Source of the DNA: Enoplolaimus lenunculus
Taxonomy: Eukaryota
Assembly (NCBI GenBank): GCA_030248215.1
Contig: JASANG010003005.1
Coordinates: 1-64,000, forward strand
Length of the DNA stretch: 64,000 nt
Reading direction: 5' to 3'
Part shown: positions 1-22,721 of the stretch, one piece after another
How positions within the stretch are numbered: position 1 is the stretch's first letter
How the letters are laid out: each line of letters starts with the position of its first letter
The notes under the pieces: model-generated
What the model was told of the DNA's origin: nothing
Seen by the model: the letters and a program-made list of their open reading frames with translations, nothing else
Database searches by the model: none
Program-made: the position numbers and the translations under genes

Positions 1-619
1 ATTTCTACAGTCGACAACTCTTAAATAACCAGTTGGACGCAACGTCGTAGAGTTTAAAAATTTTCTCCGCTGGATCGTTTTTAACTTTACTTTTTGAAAA
101 TTTATTCAGAATGATAAAATATTTAATAATAAATTTTTTTCGCTTTTTCAAACGTTCCGGTCATATTCTTCACTGAATGGGAAATCCTTGCTGTGCTTCT
201 ATTTTACACAGTCACACACACACATACGTACGTACTTATATAATGCAGTACAATGAAGGAAGACTACTACCATGCGGCAAGGTGCATTAAAACTAACCCG
301 AGTGTCAGTAATTCTTTTCTAAAGCAGGAACCAAAAAATTACTCAAAAACTACTTGTTTTTCTATACTAATATCAAGTTCACTTTAATGAAATTTTAAAC
401 AACATTGCTTCAACCGAAACCTACAAGTGACATGCACTCGCATTTCATCAACAGACTCGCTAGCTTTTGAAATGATTATTTAAGTGATGCCCAAATTCTG
501 ACGCCCAAAACCAAACATTTTTACGCTGTCTTTTGCATGTCTTACAACTTCAAAGTCTACAAAACCACAGAGTGTAGTCTCAGCGTGCAATTTTTAATAC
601 ACATCAAACCACTACAACA

Positions 620-1088
620 CTGTATTGACCAGAATGAGAGGGGGTAGTGATATTAATTTGGCCTCTCCAGAGGGTACCCCCTCCTTGTTATTCGGTTACG
701 GACTGTTATTTATTTTTAACCCGCCCTCCGCCGTCATTCGTTACTGATATGTTCGGTAGTGCAACTATCCGTTGAATTAAACGTTTTTGCTTAGCATCAA
801 ACGCTTGAGCGATAATGCAAGGTTATGCTTTGGAATGTTATTTTCAAAACTTAAGTACGCTTTCAAAACTTAGGTACGCTTTAAGTTTCGAACTCAACTT
901 TATCTGGCCCTGGAGTCATTTTTGCGCTACCACTAGGGATAATTGTCATTTATGGACTGTAATTAGCGTTTAGGGACTCTATCCGCTTACGGACTCTTAT
1001 AACGAATACAGACTCCTATTGATCGGGACTCAAAATGGGGATCCCCGTCTTATTACGCACCCCCTCTCACTTATTCTGGTCAATACAG
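620..1088. mobile_element. Tc1/mariner-superfamily-like (Tc2/pogo-type) MITE
   Basis: TIRs CTGTATTGACCAGAAT..GAGAGGGGG / CCCCCTCTC..ATTCTGGTCAATACAG. Right flank is TA; left flank is CA (possibly a mutated TA). Confidence 0.6.
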
Positions 1089-1107
1089 TATAGCACTAGT
1101 CCCTAAC

Positions 1108-1480
1108 CAGGGTGCAACCGGAATTACAATTTACCGGAACCGGAATTGGAAAATTTTACCGGAACCGGAAAATGAAAAATGCATTTCACCAAAAATTTCA
1201 TTTTAATCTTATTTTTTGCTCTATTATTTGTGAAATAACCTTAGTCGAACATAGGTATTTATTTTATTTGTTGTATTTTAGATTTTCATCATCGACTGAA
1301 GTGAAATCCACCATCAATGGCTTATATTCGGAGTACAAGTGGCTTTCAAAAGAGATTCTTAAAAATTAGCAAAGTTAAGAAAACGGCCAAATTATAATAC
1401 CGGAATTTTTAAATCCGGTAAAAATTTACCGGAACCGGAAGGTGAAAAAATGCCGGAACCGGAATTTCGGTTGCACCCTG
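1108..1480 (+). mobile_element. hAT-type MITE family A, copy 1
   Basis: TIR CAGGGTGCAACCG...CGGTTGCACCCTG; 8-bp TSD TCCCTAAC (1100-1107/1481-1488); subterminal ACCGGA arrays. Confidence 0.9.
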
Positions 1481-2667
1481 TCCCTAACGTTATCACATAT
1501 ATATAAAACTGATTTTTAACTTAACAACTAGCATCGTGATAGCTAATACATTATTAGAAACGCCCCTAATTTTCATACTTGCTCTAACACTCATAAAATA
1601 CAAAATTGCCAGCTGATATCGCTTTTGCCAGATAAAAAACGTTCAGCGACCCAAAAAAAACAAACCGTTCATACAGAGACAACAAAACGACGTTTTCCAG
1701 GTTACAAAAAACGTTGATAAAAACAACTTTGATGATGCTGGCATGCGATAACAACAATATCGTTTCTAACTGTTAGTAGTTAGTTCAAGGCAACTACGTA
1801 CGTATTGTATATATTTTAAATTGAACCGGTAAACACGGTTACACCTAAAAAAATTCAAACCAAAACAAAACATTAATTATTAGGATGGCACTGGGAATAC
1901 AGTTTTTTTAAATTTGTTTACTCTCGTCGCACGCACGATACTGCACGATGACGGACAGCAACGCGCGCGGTGATGGACGGCAGTACAAGTACAGTACCAC
2001 TCGTACGCCTTATAAGCATGAAATTACTCGGCCAGTATGCATTGTAAACAGGCGAGTTTGCCCATTATTAGCCAGTGTCGCTTTTGTAATTTTAGGCAAA
2101 ACATATTACACAAACCGTTTACGTATCGTTACGCATACAGTACTGAGCCCATGTATAAAACCGGACCGGAACAGTAGTATAAACATATTCTTAAGCCTAA
2201 TACTGGACTCACCACACATTTATGTACCAATATTTAAACAAGCGTCGAAATTACGTTTTGAGGTACGATTTACAATATGGAGTTTGAAGGCATGGAAATG
2301 TATATTTACAGACTGTATATAAAATTATTTTTAATATTCGGAAAATATAATTAAAGCTGAAACTGACTCTATTATAGCGCCTCCGGAAACCGACCCGGCC
2401 CTGTTTTATACATGGGCCCTGCACTAAATTGTAACAATCGTAACAACTGCTATTTTAGCCAAACTATTTTCATGGTAATATCCGATTTGCGCACAAAAAA
2501 CCACCCCGGCAATTACCAGCCACAGTACAAATCGTTTAAAAGTACACCGTTAAACGAGATTAGTCGAAAATCACATGAAAGTCTTTGCCTAAACCGACAT
2601 TAAATATTTTTTTAGATTTGAATGCATAATGCATAATGTCATAGTACTCAAAATACCGCCTGGACGT

Positions 2668-3083
2668 CAGGATGCAATCGTAATTCCGATTCCGATTAGA
2701 ATTCCGATTCAAAACGAGTTTCGATTCCGATTTCGAATGCACAATCAATCGGAGTTCGAATTTCTACATTTTAATTTTAGGCCTACCTGTTGTGATATGT
2801 TGTATAAATATTCTGCATCATTTATCTATTAAATTGTTTTCGACATGTTAACTTAGCAATAATTGATTGCAGTTCAGCTTTACAGAGCCAAAAAATTATT
2901 GCCAATTTGTTCAAGCGACGTCGTTGAGAATAGTTGCCGCCAACGAACAGACATTCTAAATCAATATTATACTTTGTTAATACAAATTTTCCGCATAGTC
3001 ACAAATTTTGTAGTTCCGATTCCGGTATAAATTTGCTGTTCCGATTGCGATTCCGGCATAATCCAGTTCAGCTTTGCACCCTG
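2668..3083 (+). mobile_element. hAT-like MITE (TTCCGA motifs)
   Basis: CAGGATGCAA...TTGCACCCTG ends; TSD CTGGACGT/CTGGACGC (7 of 8). Homologues at ~18476-18772 (minus) and ~23966-24780. Confidence 0.75.
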
Positions 3084-5474
3084 CTGGACGCATATATATA
3101 TTATGTACGATTATCAAATAAATGATTTTTATATTTAGGCGCATATCTTTTTTTCCGTCTTCCGCCCTTAAGTTCTCCCCATTTAACGGAAGGTCAAGCG
3201 AAATTTAAGCATACGTATTATTTAAAGAAGGGAGCAAGACTTGAGGCAAAAAAATCATTCAAGCACAAATTGCACGCGTATTCAACATCGCAAGCTTCGA
3301 GATTATGCGTTATCTAATTAGTTTATAAAATAAATTTAGTTTGAATTTAAACTGTCGATAAAGCACATATTAACATCACGTAAACGCATGCAAATCAACC
3401 ATCTACGTATATATTAGCAAGCTAGAAATTATCCACAATGTGATTGATCGAAACAAAAATCACTAAGCCATATACTGTATTACCCGGCGAAACCAGGGTA
3501 TATTATACAAAATACCGATTTGGATCGGACCACACTTTAAACTGATCCGACATTTATGTGCCGATGATGGCTGAGAAATATTATGTTATATAAAATTTTA
3601 ATGCACTTACGTATTTACACGACGTCTAAACGGCAGCTTTTTGCCATCGAAAAGTCGCTTAAAACCGTTACTGCCGTTCATTGTCCCACCTTCAAAATCG
3701 ATAAACGAACAGTTAGCTAATAACTAATTTGCATATTAGCTTAGTTGCTGACGAGAAAACCGGAGCGATTTCGTTGCTTAATAAGATTACGGTCACGGAA
3801 TAAGACTGTAAAATTGCAATCGTTGAGTAATACATGCGGTCCGACACCACTGCTATAATTCATAACTTAAGTACTGAACGGTTGCAATTGGTAGACACCT
3901 GCGGTGAGTTTGACCAACAGAGCAGACGGTGGTGACGTATACGAATTCTTTGCTTTGAACAATTTTTACCCAATTTGGGTTTGCTAATACTAATGTATGT
4001 ACCCTTTCACATGTGATTTTAGCACTAATGGAATACGTTTGCACAACGCCCAAGCATAGGAATTCTGCGATTCTTGCAAATAAATTGTTAAACGCTTTCA
4101 AACTCTCTATGAGCGTCTACTGACGTTGACGAGACAAAATCTACCAATTTGACATAGAACAGTGAGACAACTGCATTGCAATTTGTGTGCCGAAACGGAA
4201 AGATTTAAGTATATACATATATACGCGTTTTTAAATCGAATCGGACAAAATGCGAAAAAATACGAAATGATTATGATGAAAATGCAAGATTGCCAAAAAT
4301 ATGCTGCAGACAATAAAAATAATCAAACCGAATAAATAATTCACGTAAAGAAACCTTAAAGTGTTACATATCGTTTAAAAGTTCGCTTAAAACAAACTGT
4401 TATCGGCGTGCTAAATGCGCTAGTTTAGTGAATGAAGACCTATTTAAAATTTGACATACGTAGCCCACGTCATCCTAAATCTTCGATCCAGCAATGTGTC
4501 TACAGAATTCCTGTGATTTTCACGGTCAATATAACGAGGAAACAGCCACGAAGGTTACTTTTGAAAGTCCAGAGCATAATAGGATAGCAACTAAGTTCTA
4601 AAACTATATAAAAAAAATTTGTCAAATAAACCAAATAGCAACCGATAACAATTTGGGGGTATGCAAAATCTATAATACCACATTCGTAGTACGCCATACG
4701 TGGCCGTGGAAGCGTTTTGACACTTTCTTCAAATAAGAACCTAAGCGTATCTCATGCGAGCTATTTCTTACTAAAACCACTCAACATATACGCTTTTGCT
4801 AACGAAATTTTTCATTCCGAACATTAATTGCATTCTAAATGACATTTGATTTTGTTCTTGTATAAATAATACACCAATTACGTTAAAACAAAATCCCCCC
4901 CCCCCCCTGTTTTTTGGCTTGAAACCTCATTGTTTCAATGTTTTCCCTGATCCCCCTAACAAAGTAGCCAGGCGACACATGGTACCGAAACAACAAACTG
5001 CTTGCCCAAAATAAAAGTAGTCAAAAAATCGGAAACAAAGCTTACTCTGAGCGGCCCCACAACAAAAGTGAAATCCAAAATTTTTTTTGACAATAAAACA
5101 GCAAGCAGATGCGTTACATTCGTGCCTGTCCTGCGTAATAATTAACGCTACACCATTTAAAATTTGGTACAGATTTTTCATTTGATATGCCCTGCTTTTG
5201 TGCAAATTTCTGGATCTGCAACTGCACAGAATTCGTGGGTTTGAAAGGGCTACACTCACTTGAGAATATGGGCCATGAATCAAAATAAGTAGTATAATGA
5301 TGCAAAATCCATGACGCATATCAATTAGAGAAGTCACACGCGTTTCACAATAAATTACAAGCAAATCAAATTAAGCAACAAAAAACCCCTAAAAACACAA
5401 AATTACTTTAATTATTGTCTTAAATTATAGTGCGCTGTGCAGAAAGTAGGCGCGGCTACACCGGAGCTTTCTGC

Positions 5475-15412
<9,938 letters not shown>

Positions 15413-16166
15413 AATGTAACATGTAACGGAGATAGGAATACCAAATGCAATATGACAGTAAGCGAATCATGTATATATTTACTAAAATGTGTAAAAGCAA
15501 AGGTTTCAATATCGGAGCCAAAAACCAAATTTTGCCGATCCGCAGTGCGATATTCGACAGAGCGATGTATGAATGATAGAGGCGGTAGGTATTCCTTTAG
15601 CAAAACTACAAGCTACCAAGCTACACAAGTTGTGTATCAATTCGTGGTGGTAGTTTTATGTTTGCGTTCAGCTGAGTTCTTACCGATAATTTTTAGTCTT
15701 TGCGCCGAACATGTAGTTTGGTGGTTGCTCAGCAGTTGTGAATTAGCATACTAATAGAACGCGTATGATACGAAGCCTGTTTTCCTGTTTGTAGTTAGAT
15801 AGACTATTACGTGCAACTGTGCCGTAGAGTTGTAGGCTCTGTAGTGAACGTTTGAAAAGCGTTTTGCATCGATTGAGTTACAACTAACCTAGGGGTTAGT
15901 CTGCGTCCCATTTAGATGGTGGTCCGATACTCACCAAAAAATGCGGTGCTGTATCTAAAATGTGTCCATCAAAAAAAGTTTTCAGTTCACATGCTCTAAT
16001 TTAGATGTTATAGGTGTTTGATATCCGGTTCCAATAAGAATTCGCTATCCATCATCACACTATGTTGCTAGTCACCTGATACGTACAGCTTCAGGCTTAT
16101 GACACGGTCCCATATTCTCAAATGTGTATAGTAACTATCATCAGTTAGCACGCGGCGGGCCCGCAG

Positions 16167-17269
16167 TAGGGATGGAGGGTCTCGCTCAAAACAGCGAGAT
16201 CGAGAATGAGGCCGAGACCCAACCTACCGAGATCGAGACTTTGGTGTCAGTCAATGTTCAACCGTTACCGAAAATAAAAACAAGATTTTTTAGCAAAAGT
16301 TTTGAACATGTTATCTTCTTTGAATTGCAGTTTCATACAATTAAACTAATAAATAGCCGACAAACTGTATTTTTTACTTTGTTTTACTCAGGACAAATCC
16401 TACTGTCTCACAACACCCTCAGTAAAACCCTAATTCGAAGCTATAATATTGATTTGGTCCCGGGCAAACCGAATAGACTGGAGAATTTTTACACAGCGTG
16501 TACGTTATATGCGGAGATGACCCATAAGTTTTTACACGATGTCTTATATGTTTTAAACGCAAAAATGCAACCATTTTTGCTTTGTTACAATAAAATCAAA
16601 GTGTTCTGGGTTTCCTTTCAAAATGTCGAATTTCGGGTAACCGGAGGGGTCATTCTCTTTCTCAGATCGCTGTATAACCAGGTAATGGTGTTCCACAACC
16701 GTTCACTGTCTGTGTTGGTAGGAGAAATGCGCGAGTACTTCCGGGCCAAAGCTGCGATCCAAGGAAAATTTTTGTGATTGCTCATCCAGGGTGCAACGGA
16801 ATTACAATTTACCGGAACCGGAATTTGAAAATTTTATTGGAACCGGAACCGGAAAGTGAAAAATGCATTTCACCAAAAATTTCACTTTAATCGTATTTTT
16901 GCTCTATTATTTGTGAAACAACATTAGTCGAACATAGGTATTTATTTCATTTGTTGTATTTTAGATTTTCGTCATCGACTGAAGTGAAATCCAGCATCAA
17001 TGGCTTATATTTGGACTACAAGTGGCTTTCAAAAGAGATTCTTAAAAATTAGCAAAGTTAAGAAAACGGCCAAATTATAACACGGGAATTTTTAAATCCG
17101 GTAAAAATTTACCGGAACCGGAAGGTGAAAAAATGCCGAAACCGGAACCGGAATTCCGGTTGCACCCTGTGCTCATCGCTTTTTCACCTCTTCGGTCTCG
17201 GTTTGCAAACCACAGAGACTGAAAAAAGCAAGACCGAGATCAGCCAAATCCCGAGACCGCTCATCGCTG
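16167..17269 (+). mobile_element. hAT-like MITE family B (CCGAGA motifs), interrupted by family A copy 3
   Basis: TAGGGATG...CATCGCTG ends; reverse-complement homologue at 35867-36483. Confidence 0.75.
16787..17169 (+). mobile_element. hAT-type MITE family A, copy 3, nested in a family B element
   Basis: TSD TGCTCATC (16779-16786/17170-17177). The family B copy at 35867-36483 shows the empty site. Confidence 0.9.
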
Positions 17270-18772
17270 GCCGTAGCTAAGGGGGGGGCGAGGAGCTGGC
17301 ACTAGGTTTTCAAACTCACTAACTATGGCAGTTGTTGAGTTCAGAAGTGGTACAGGAGTAGAGTAAATCATATGCAAAAAATTGCTGAATTTTGAGCGTC
17401 AGCATTCACTGGTTCGAGAGACACAAGATCTATCACCAACTTGTGATAGTCAGGGTGCAACCGGCATTCCGGTTCCGGCATTTTTTCACCTTCCGGTCCC
17501 GGTTCTGGTTAATTTTTGCCGAAATTAAAAATTACAGTATTAAATTCTGTTTGGTGGAAATGTACTGGTGATGGTGTTATCCCATGTACACATTTTTAAT
17601 TGTACACTGGTTAACAGCACCCTAACGCCAGTTTACCTGTTAGCACTATCCTAACGAGTGTCACAGAAAATTATATGACACTCGTTAGGGTGAGGCTAAC
17701 AATATCACACCCTCAATACTTCAATACAAACATAACACAAACGCCGTGTTTCTTATGATGTGTTATGAGTAGACGGTGGCACAAAGTTAAAACCGAATTT
17801 TCAGCAAATGTGTTTCGAGGAGCGATAGCCGATAGTTAACGCTTTTGGGGGTGGCGATGACTTTAGAAAGAGCGACGAGTTTAGAGGGGCAATGGTTTTA
17901 GAGGTGTAACAAAACACTGCTTAAAATTTTACGGGGTTGGTGGATGGATGAAAATGACCATATAAAGGCAACGCCGATACAAAAAATTTCCGGTTTAGAA
18001 AAAACTTCATATCGGTATAATAAATATTCTAACAACATTCAGATTGAAAACTTTCATATAACTACGTATCTCCAACTCCAAATATAACAAGTTGCGCACA
18101 TATGAAAATTAACTTAAAACTCTGCAAAAAGCTCATTCACTTTGCTTGTGTTGTGCAATATTCTTTACTTGATAATTCCCACACCCCCATACCTAAGCTG
18201 AAGCGTACACCTAAAGCTAAACCATCCATCAGTTTGAGAGAACTTGAGACTATTAATACAATCATAGTGTTAAATGAAGCAGGTAAACAAGTATATAGGT
18301 ACCCAATTTTTAATGGTTGATGGCACCGATCGACCGGGTACAAATTTTACCGAATACCGGATAGCGAATTTTGTACCGCAAACGGATACCGAATTTTGTA
18401 CCGGAACCAAAGCCGGATGTTAACCGGATATAAGATCTAAATTTGGACTGTTGAAGGTATTTGAGTCGTGCAAAACAGGGTGCAAGGCGGAACTGGATTA
18501 TACCGGAATCGGAACAGCAAATTTATACCGGAATCGGTTCGGAACTACAAATTTTGTGGCTATACGGATAATTAGAATAAACCAGTTAATATTGATTTAG
18601 AGTGTCTGTTGGCTGGCAACAACTCTCAAAAACGTCGCATGAACAAATTGGCAATCATTATTTAGCTCTGTAAAACTAAACTACAATCAATTATTGACAA
18701 GTTAAGTCATCGAAAACAATTTATAAATGATGCAGAATTTTAAACAACATATCACAACAAGTATATAGGCCT

Positions 18773-19510
18773 ACCAGTCGTAGTGGGACTACATTTATTG
18801 AGCGAAGCTCGAACGCACGTAAGCAATTAAGGTAATATGCAAATTAGTTGTTAGCTAACTATTCATTTATCGGTTTGGAGGTTTGTAAGCAATTTACTCA
18901 GATTTTTCGCACCCAAAAACCCTTCAGCCACTCTAATAATTTTTGGAATAATTTAAAAAGTCCTAATTTTGTTTTGTCAATTAAGCTAATACGCAAATTA
19001 GTTATTAGCTAAATATTCAATTATCGTTTTGGAGGTTTGTAAACAATTTATTCACATTCTTCGCACCTAAAAACTTTCAGTAAACCCTAATAATTATTGA
19101 AATAATTTAAAAAGTCGTAGTTTTGTCTTGTCAATTAAGCTAATATGCAAATTAGCTATTAGCTAACATTCAATTATTTGTTTTGGATGTTTGTAAACTA
19201 TTTATTCAAATTTCTCGCACCAAAAAACCCTTTAGTGCTGAAATTATATTGCTTTTAACCTTAATAATTAGTGAAATATTGTAAAAAGTCCCAATTTAGG
19301 CTTATAAACTATGCTAATATGCAAATTATCTATTAGTTAACTGCTCAATTATCGGTTTTGGAGGTTTGTAAGCAGTCTACGCAGATTCCTATTAATTATG
19401 CAAATTAGCCTGTAGCTAATAAACGGCTTAAGACGGACATCCACCTTTCGACCCCCAAGTACAAAACATAAAACGCTTCGCGAAATTCCGAGCTGCGCTA
19501 GCTCAGCTAA
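18773..19510 (-). mobile_element. Helentron/DINE-1-like element, shorter copy
   Basis: Same terminal blocks; 3-4 internal units of 154-174 bp. Confidence 0.78.
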
Positions 19511-21694
19511 TAGCAATTGTTTATCGCTTTTTCACCACTTTGGTCCCGAATTGCAAATCACCGAGACTCAAGATCAATCAAATCCCGAGGCCGAGACTTG
19601 TCGAAACCGAGTCCGAGACCGCCCCTTCCTGCTGCACTAATCTTTTTTGTAAAGTTCAAAAATAACAAGGACAAACGTCGTTTTTAAGCGACACACAATA
19701 CATACGTAGCCTTGGGTTAACGGAACAAAATATAACTTACAATTTTAAAGTCTAAATCAAGTAAACTTAATTGTTTACTTTGTAATTATACAAAATTTTA
19801 ACAATTTTATTATCTACACATATATGTATCAATTTTAAGCATTGTAAATATATAGAAAGGTCAAATGCACTCAAAAATTATTTCCAACGGCGCATTAGTA
19901 GAAACTTACTTTGAACAAAAACAAGCTAAGCATATGTGAAGTAAACCTTTGGAAAGGTCAAAAACTTACGTTAATCTACGTAGTTACTGAAAATGAACTT
20001 TTAGCAAATTTTAAAAAATATATATACGGTGATTCGGAATGCAGAGAAGGAAACTATTGAACATGTTTTTTTAAAATTGCCCTCAAAATTTGAAATATGG
20101 GATAAAATTAAGTTTATTTTGGCAAAAACTGGGCCAAATTTGACTTTTAATTGCATAGTAAACACCTTTGGTTTTCGAGGATACTGATGAAATTAGCCTT
20201 GGAAATACTATAATTTTTATTGCTCAAAAACGATTTGGCAATCTACAAAAGAATTGGAGAAAAATAGAAAAGTTTCTAGCTTGTGGGATTATTTTGTCAG
20301 GTACCTGTATGGAAATGAATATGCTCACTGCAATACGTACCCGAGATAAAATTTGAATATTGAGTTTAAGCCCCACTAATATAATAATTGGGTTAGGACT
20401 CCTCTTTAGCTAAGAGCAAAAGACTGCTCGCCTCGAAATATATTTATAACATAACAAATCAAACAAAGCAGTTGGACAGTATGGGCTACGTGGCGCCGCG
20501 GTGCGTGTGTGTGACACATAGAATGTTGCTAGTTCGAAACCACCCGTAACATACTTTTCAAGCAACTTTGTAAAAGGTCTGAAGTCCCTGATCCGACCTA
20601 AACTGACATAAAGCATGTGTATGAAGAGGAACAATACATGCGATTGCTAGGCAAAATTATAGGAATATGGTTTTACATTTATAAACTGTTCGCAATAATT
20701 GTCTAAACAATAAAGGATTGAAAGAGAAAAAACATATATACCGTTTCTGTCTAACTGTGGACGGGGCGGATAATAAAAGCATTAAGCAAACTGGCCTGTG
20801 CTTTCAATGTTAAACGTAACGACACTGCTACCAATTGTTTGTAATGCTAGCTGTAATTTTTTCAGTTCTAGCTGTCTTGTCTTCTGTTTAAGTAACAGAA
20901 TTCAGTGTCAAGAAATAGCAATAGGAATTTCAATAGCTAAGTAATACAATACAACGTTGAAAAAACCGTGATAACCCAGAGATCGACGCCCAGAAGACTG
21001 CCTGAAGATTGTTAAACAGATACGGCTAAAATTTACAAATCATCGTTGTCAAGTGAGCCTAGTTTTAATCCAACGCAGTTGCAAAGTTGGGTTTTAAAGT
21101 GCATACGCAAGCTTTATGCTTTCCGATTTGTGCACTGCACAAATTCTAGCGAATAAACAGCAATCTGTATGCAAATATTCTTTACACAGAACAATCACTT
21201 TTCTGTTCTAAACAAATATTGTAAACAATGCTGGAAAGTTGCCCAGAATAGGAATGTAGGGCATTCCAGCTTTAATATATAGATTGTTCGTGGCGAAAGT
21301 TTGCTGATAAATTGTTCTAGGGATTCAACTGCTTTCGAAACTTATGTAACAGTCGAGTGGTGCGTGAAAGCTGAAAACAGTATTTTCGCATATTTTATCC
21401 AATGAATCTCAACACCTAATATTTTCGAGTGCACTGTAATACATCATAGCTAGGAATTGAGGGTTTAGGTTTATGATAGCTAGAAAAATTTCGAATGTAA
21501 ATGTATATTAGATAAGGTGACGGTGACCGTAGAATTCTTACGGATACACATTTATCTGTGACACAAGAAATTGTATGAAAGGTTTAGAAACTTAGGTAAT
21601 GATTCAAATGTTGTCCTGCGCTTGAACCTGTGATAAGCTGGGTAGGCTAGAGTGCGACGGTTGAGTTCTCAGCAGCTTAAAATGAGGTACGTTC

Positions 21695-21760
21695 TCAGGA
21701 GGTTTCGAACTCGATCGACATATTATCCGTGCAGCGCGCTAGCCACTGAGTCACGCCGCC
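21695..21760 (-). pseudogene. tRNA-like SINE head or pseudogene
   Basis: Minus strand reads GGCGGCGTGACTCAGTGG...GAGTTCGAAACC (A and B boxes); no proper cloverleaf. Confidence 0.4.
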
Positions 21761-21993
21761 TAAAATCAACTGCTGAGTTTTTCTGTTTTATGCCTTATAA
21801 GAACCTCAACATTATACACATGTATCGTGGTTCTTCTATGTTTATACTGCTGCTGCATATGAAGGTACTATATATGCAGCACTGATTTGCCGCTGTACAG
21901 CAACAGCATGAGGTTTTTTATTTTGCCTTCATTAGAATGCAATCGGAATTCCGGTTACGGTTCTCGCATTTTTTCACCTTTAATACCTGCAAG

Positions 21994-22382
21994 CAGGGTG
22001 CAACCGGAATTCCGGTTCCGGCATTTTTTCACCTTCCGGTTCCGGTAAATCTTTACCGGATTTAAAAATTCTGGTGTTATAATTTGGCCGTTTTCTTAAC
22101 TTTGCTAATTTTTAAGAATCTCTTTTGAAAGCCACTTGTACTCCAAATATAAGCCAATGATGGTGGATTTCACTTCAGTCGACGACGAAAATCTAAAATA
22201 CAACAAATAAAATAAATACCTATGTTCGACTAAGGTTATATATTTCACAAATAATAGAGCAAAAAATAAGAATAAAATGAAATTTTTGGTGAAATGCATT
22301 TTTCACTTTCCGGTTCCGTTTCCGGTTCCGGTAAAATTTTCAAATTCCGGTTCCGGTAAATTGTAATTCCGGTTGCACCCTG
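21994..22382 (-). mobile_element. hAT-type MITE family A, copy 4
   Basis: TSD CCTGCAAG (21986-21993/22383-22390). Confidence 0.9.
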
Positions 22383-22721
22383 CCTGCAAGGTACCTGCAA
22401 CTAGGGTTATTTCACCAATAATATTGCAAAAATATAATTAAAATGAATTTGTCGGTGGCATGTATTTTTCGTTTTCTGGTTCCGTTTCCTGTAATTTTTT
22501 CAAATTTCGGTTCCGGTGCAATAATATATATTGCAAAAATAAAATTAAAATGAATTTGTCGGTGGCATGTATTTTTCATTTTCTGGTTCCGTTTCCTGTA
22601 TTTTTTCAAATTTCGGTTCCTTCGTATGTCACAGTATCGATACAAATTGTATTTATAGGTGCCGAATAAATTATTGGTCAAATTCGTAATATATACGTCA
22701 TCTGAGCGTCTCAGTTTGGGC

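Noticed and set aside
1112..1369. Repeated short ORF (also at 14183, 22105 and 27834)
   Set aside because: Non-coding MITE family A sequence; no transposase motifs, and the reading frame varies between copies.
16124..16777. 217-aa ORF
   Set aside because: Lies inside MITE family B; the homologous copy at 35867-36483 does not keep the frame; no recognisable motif.
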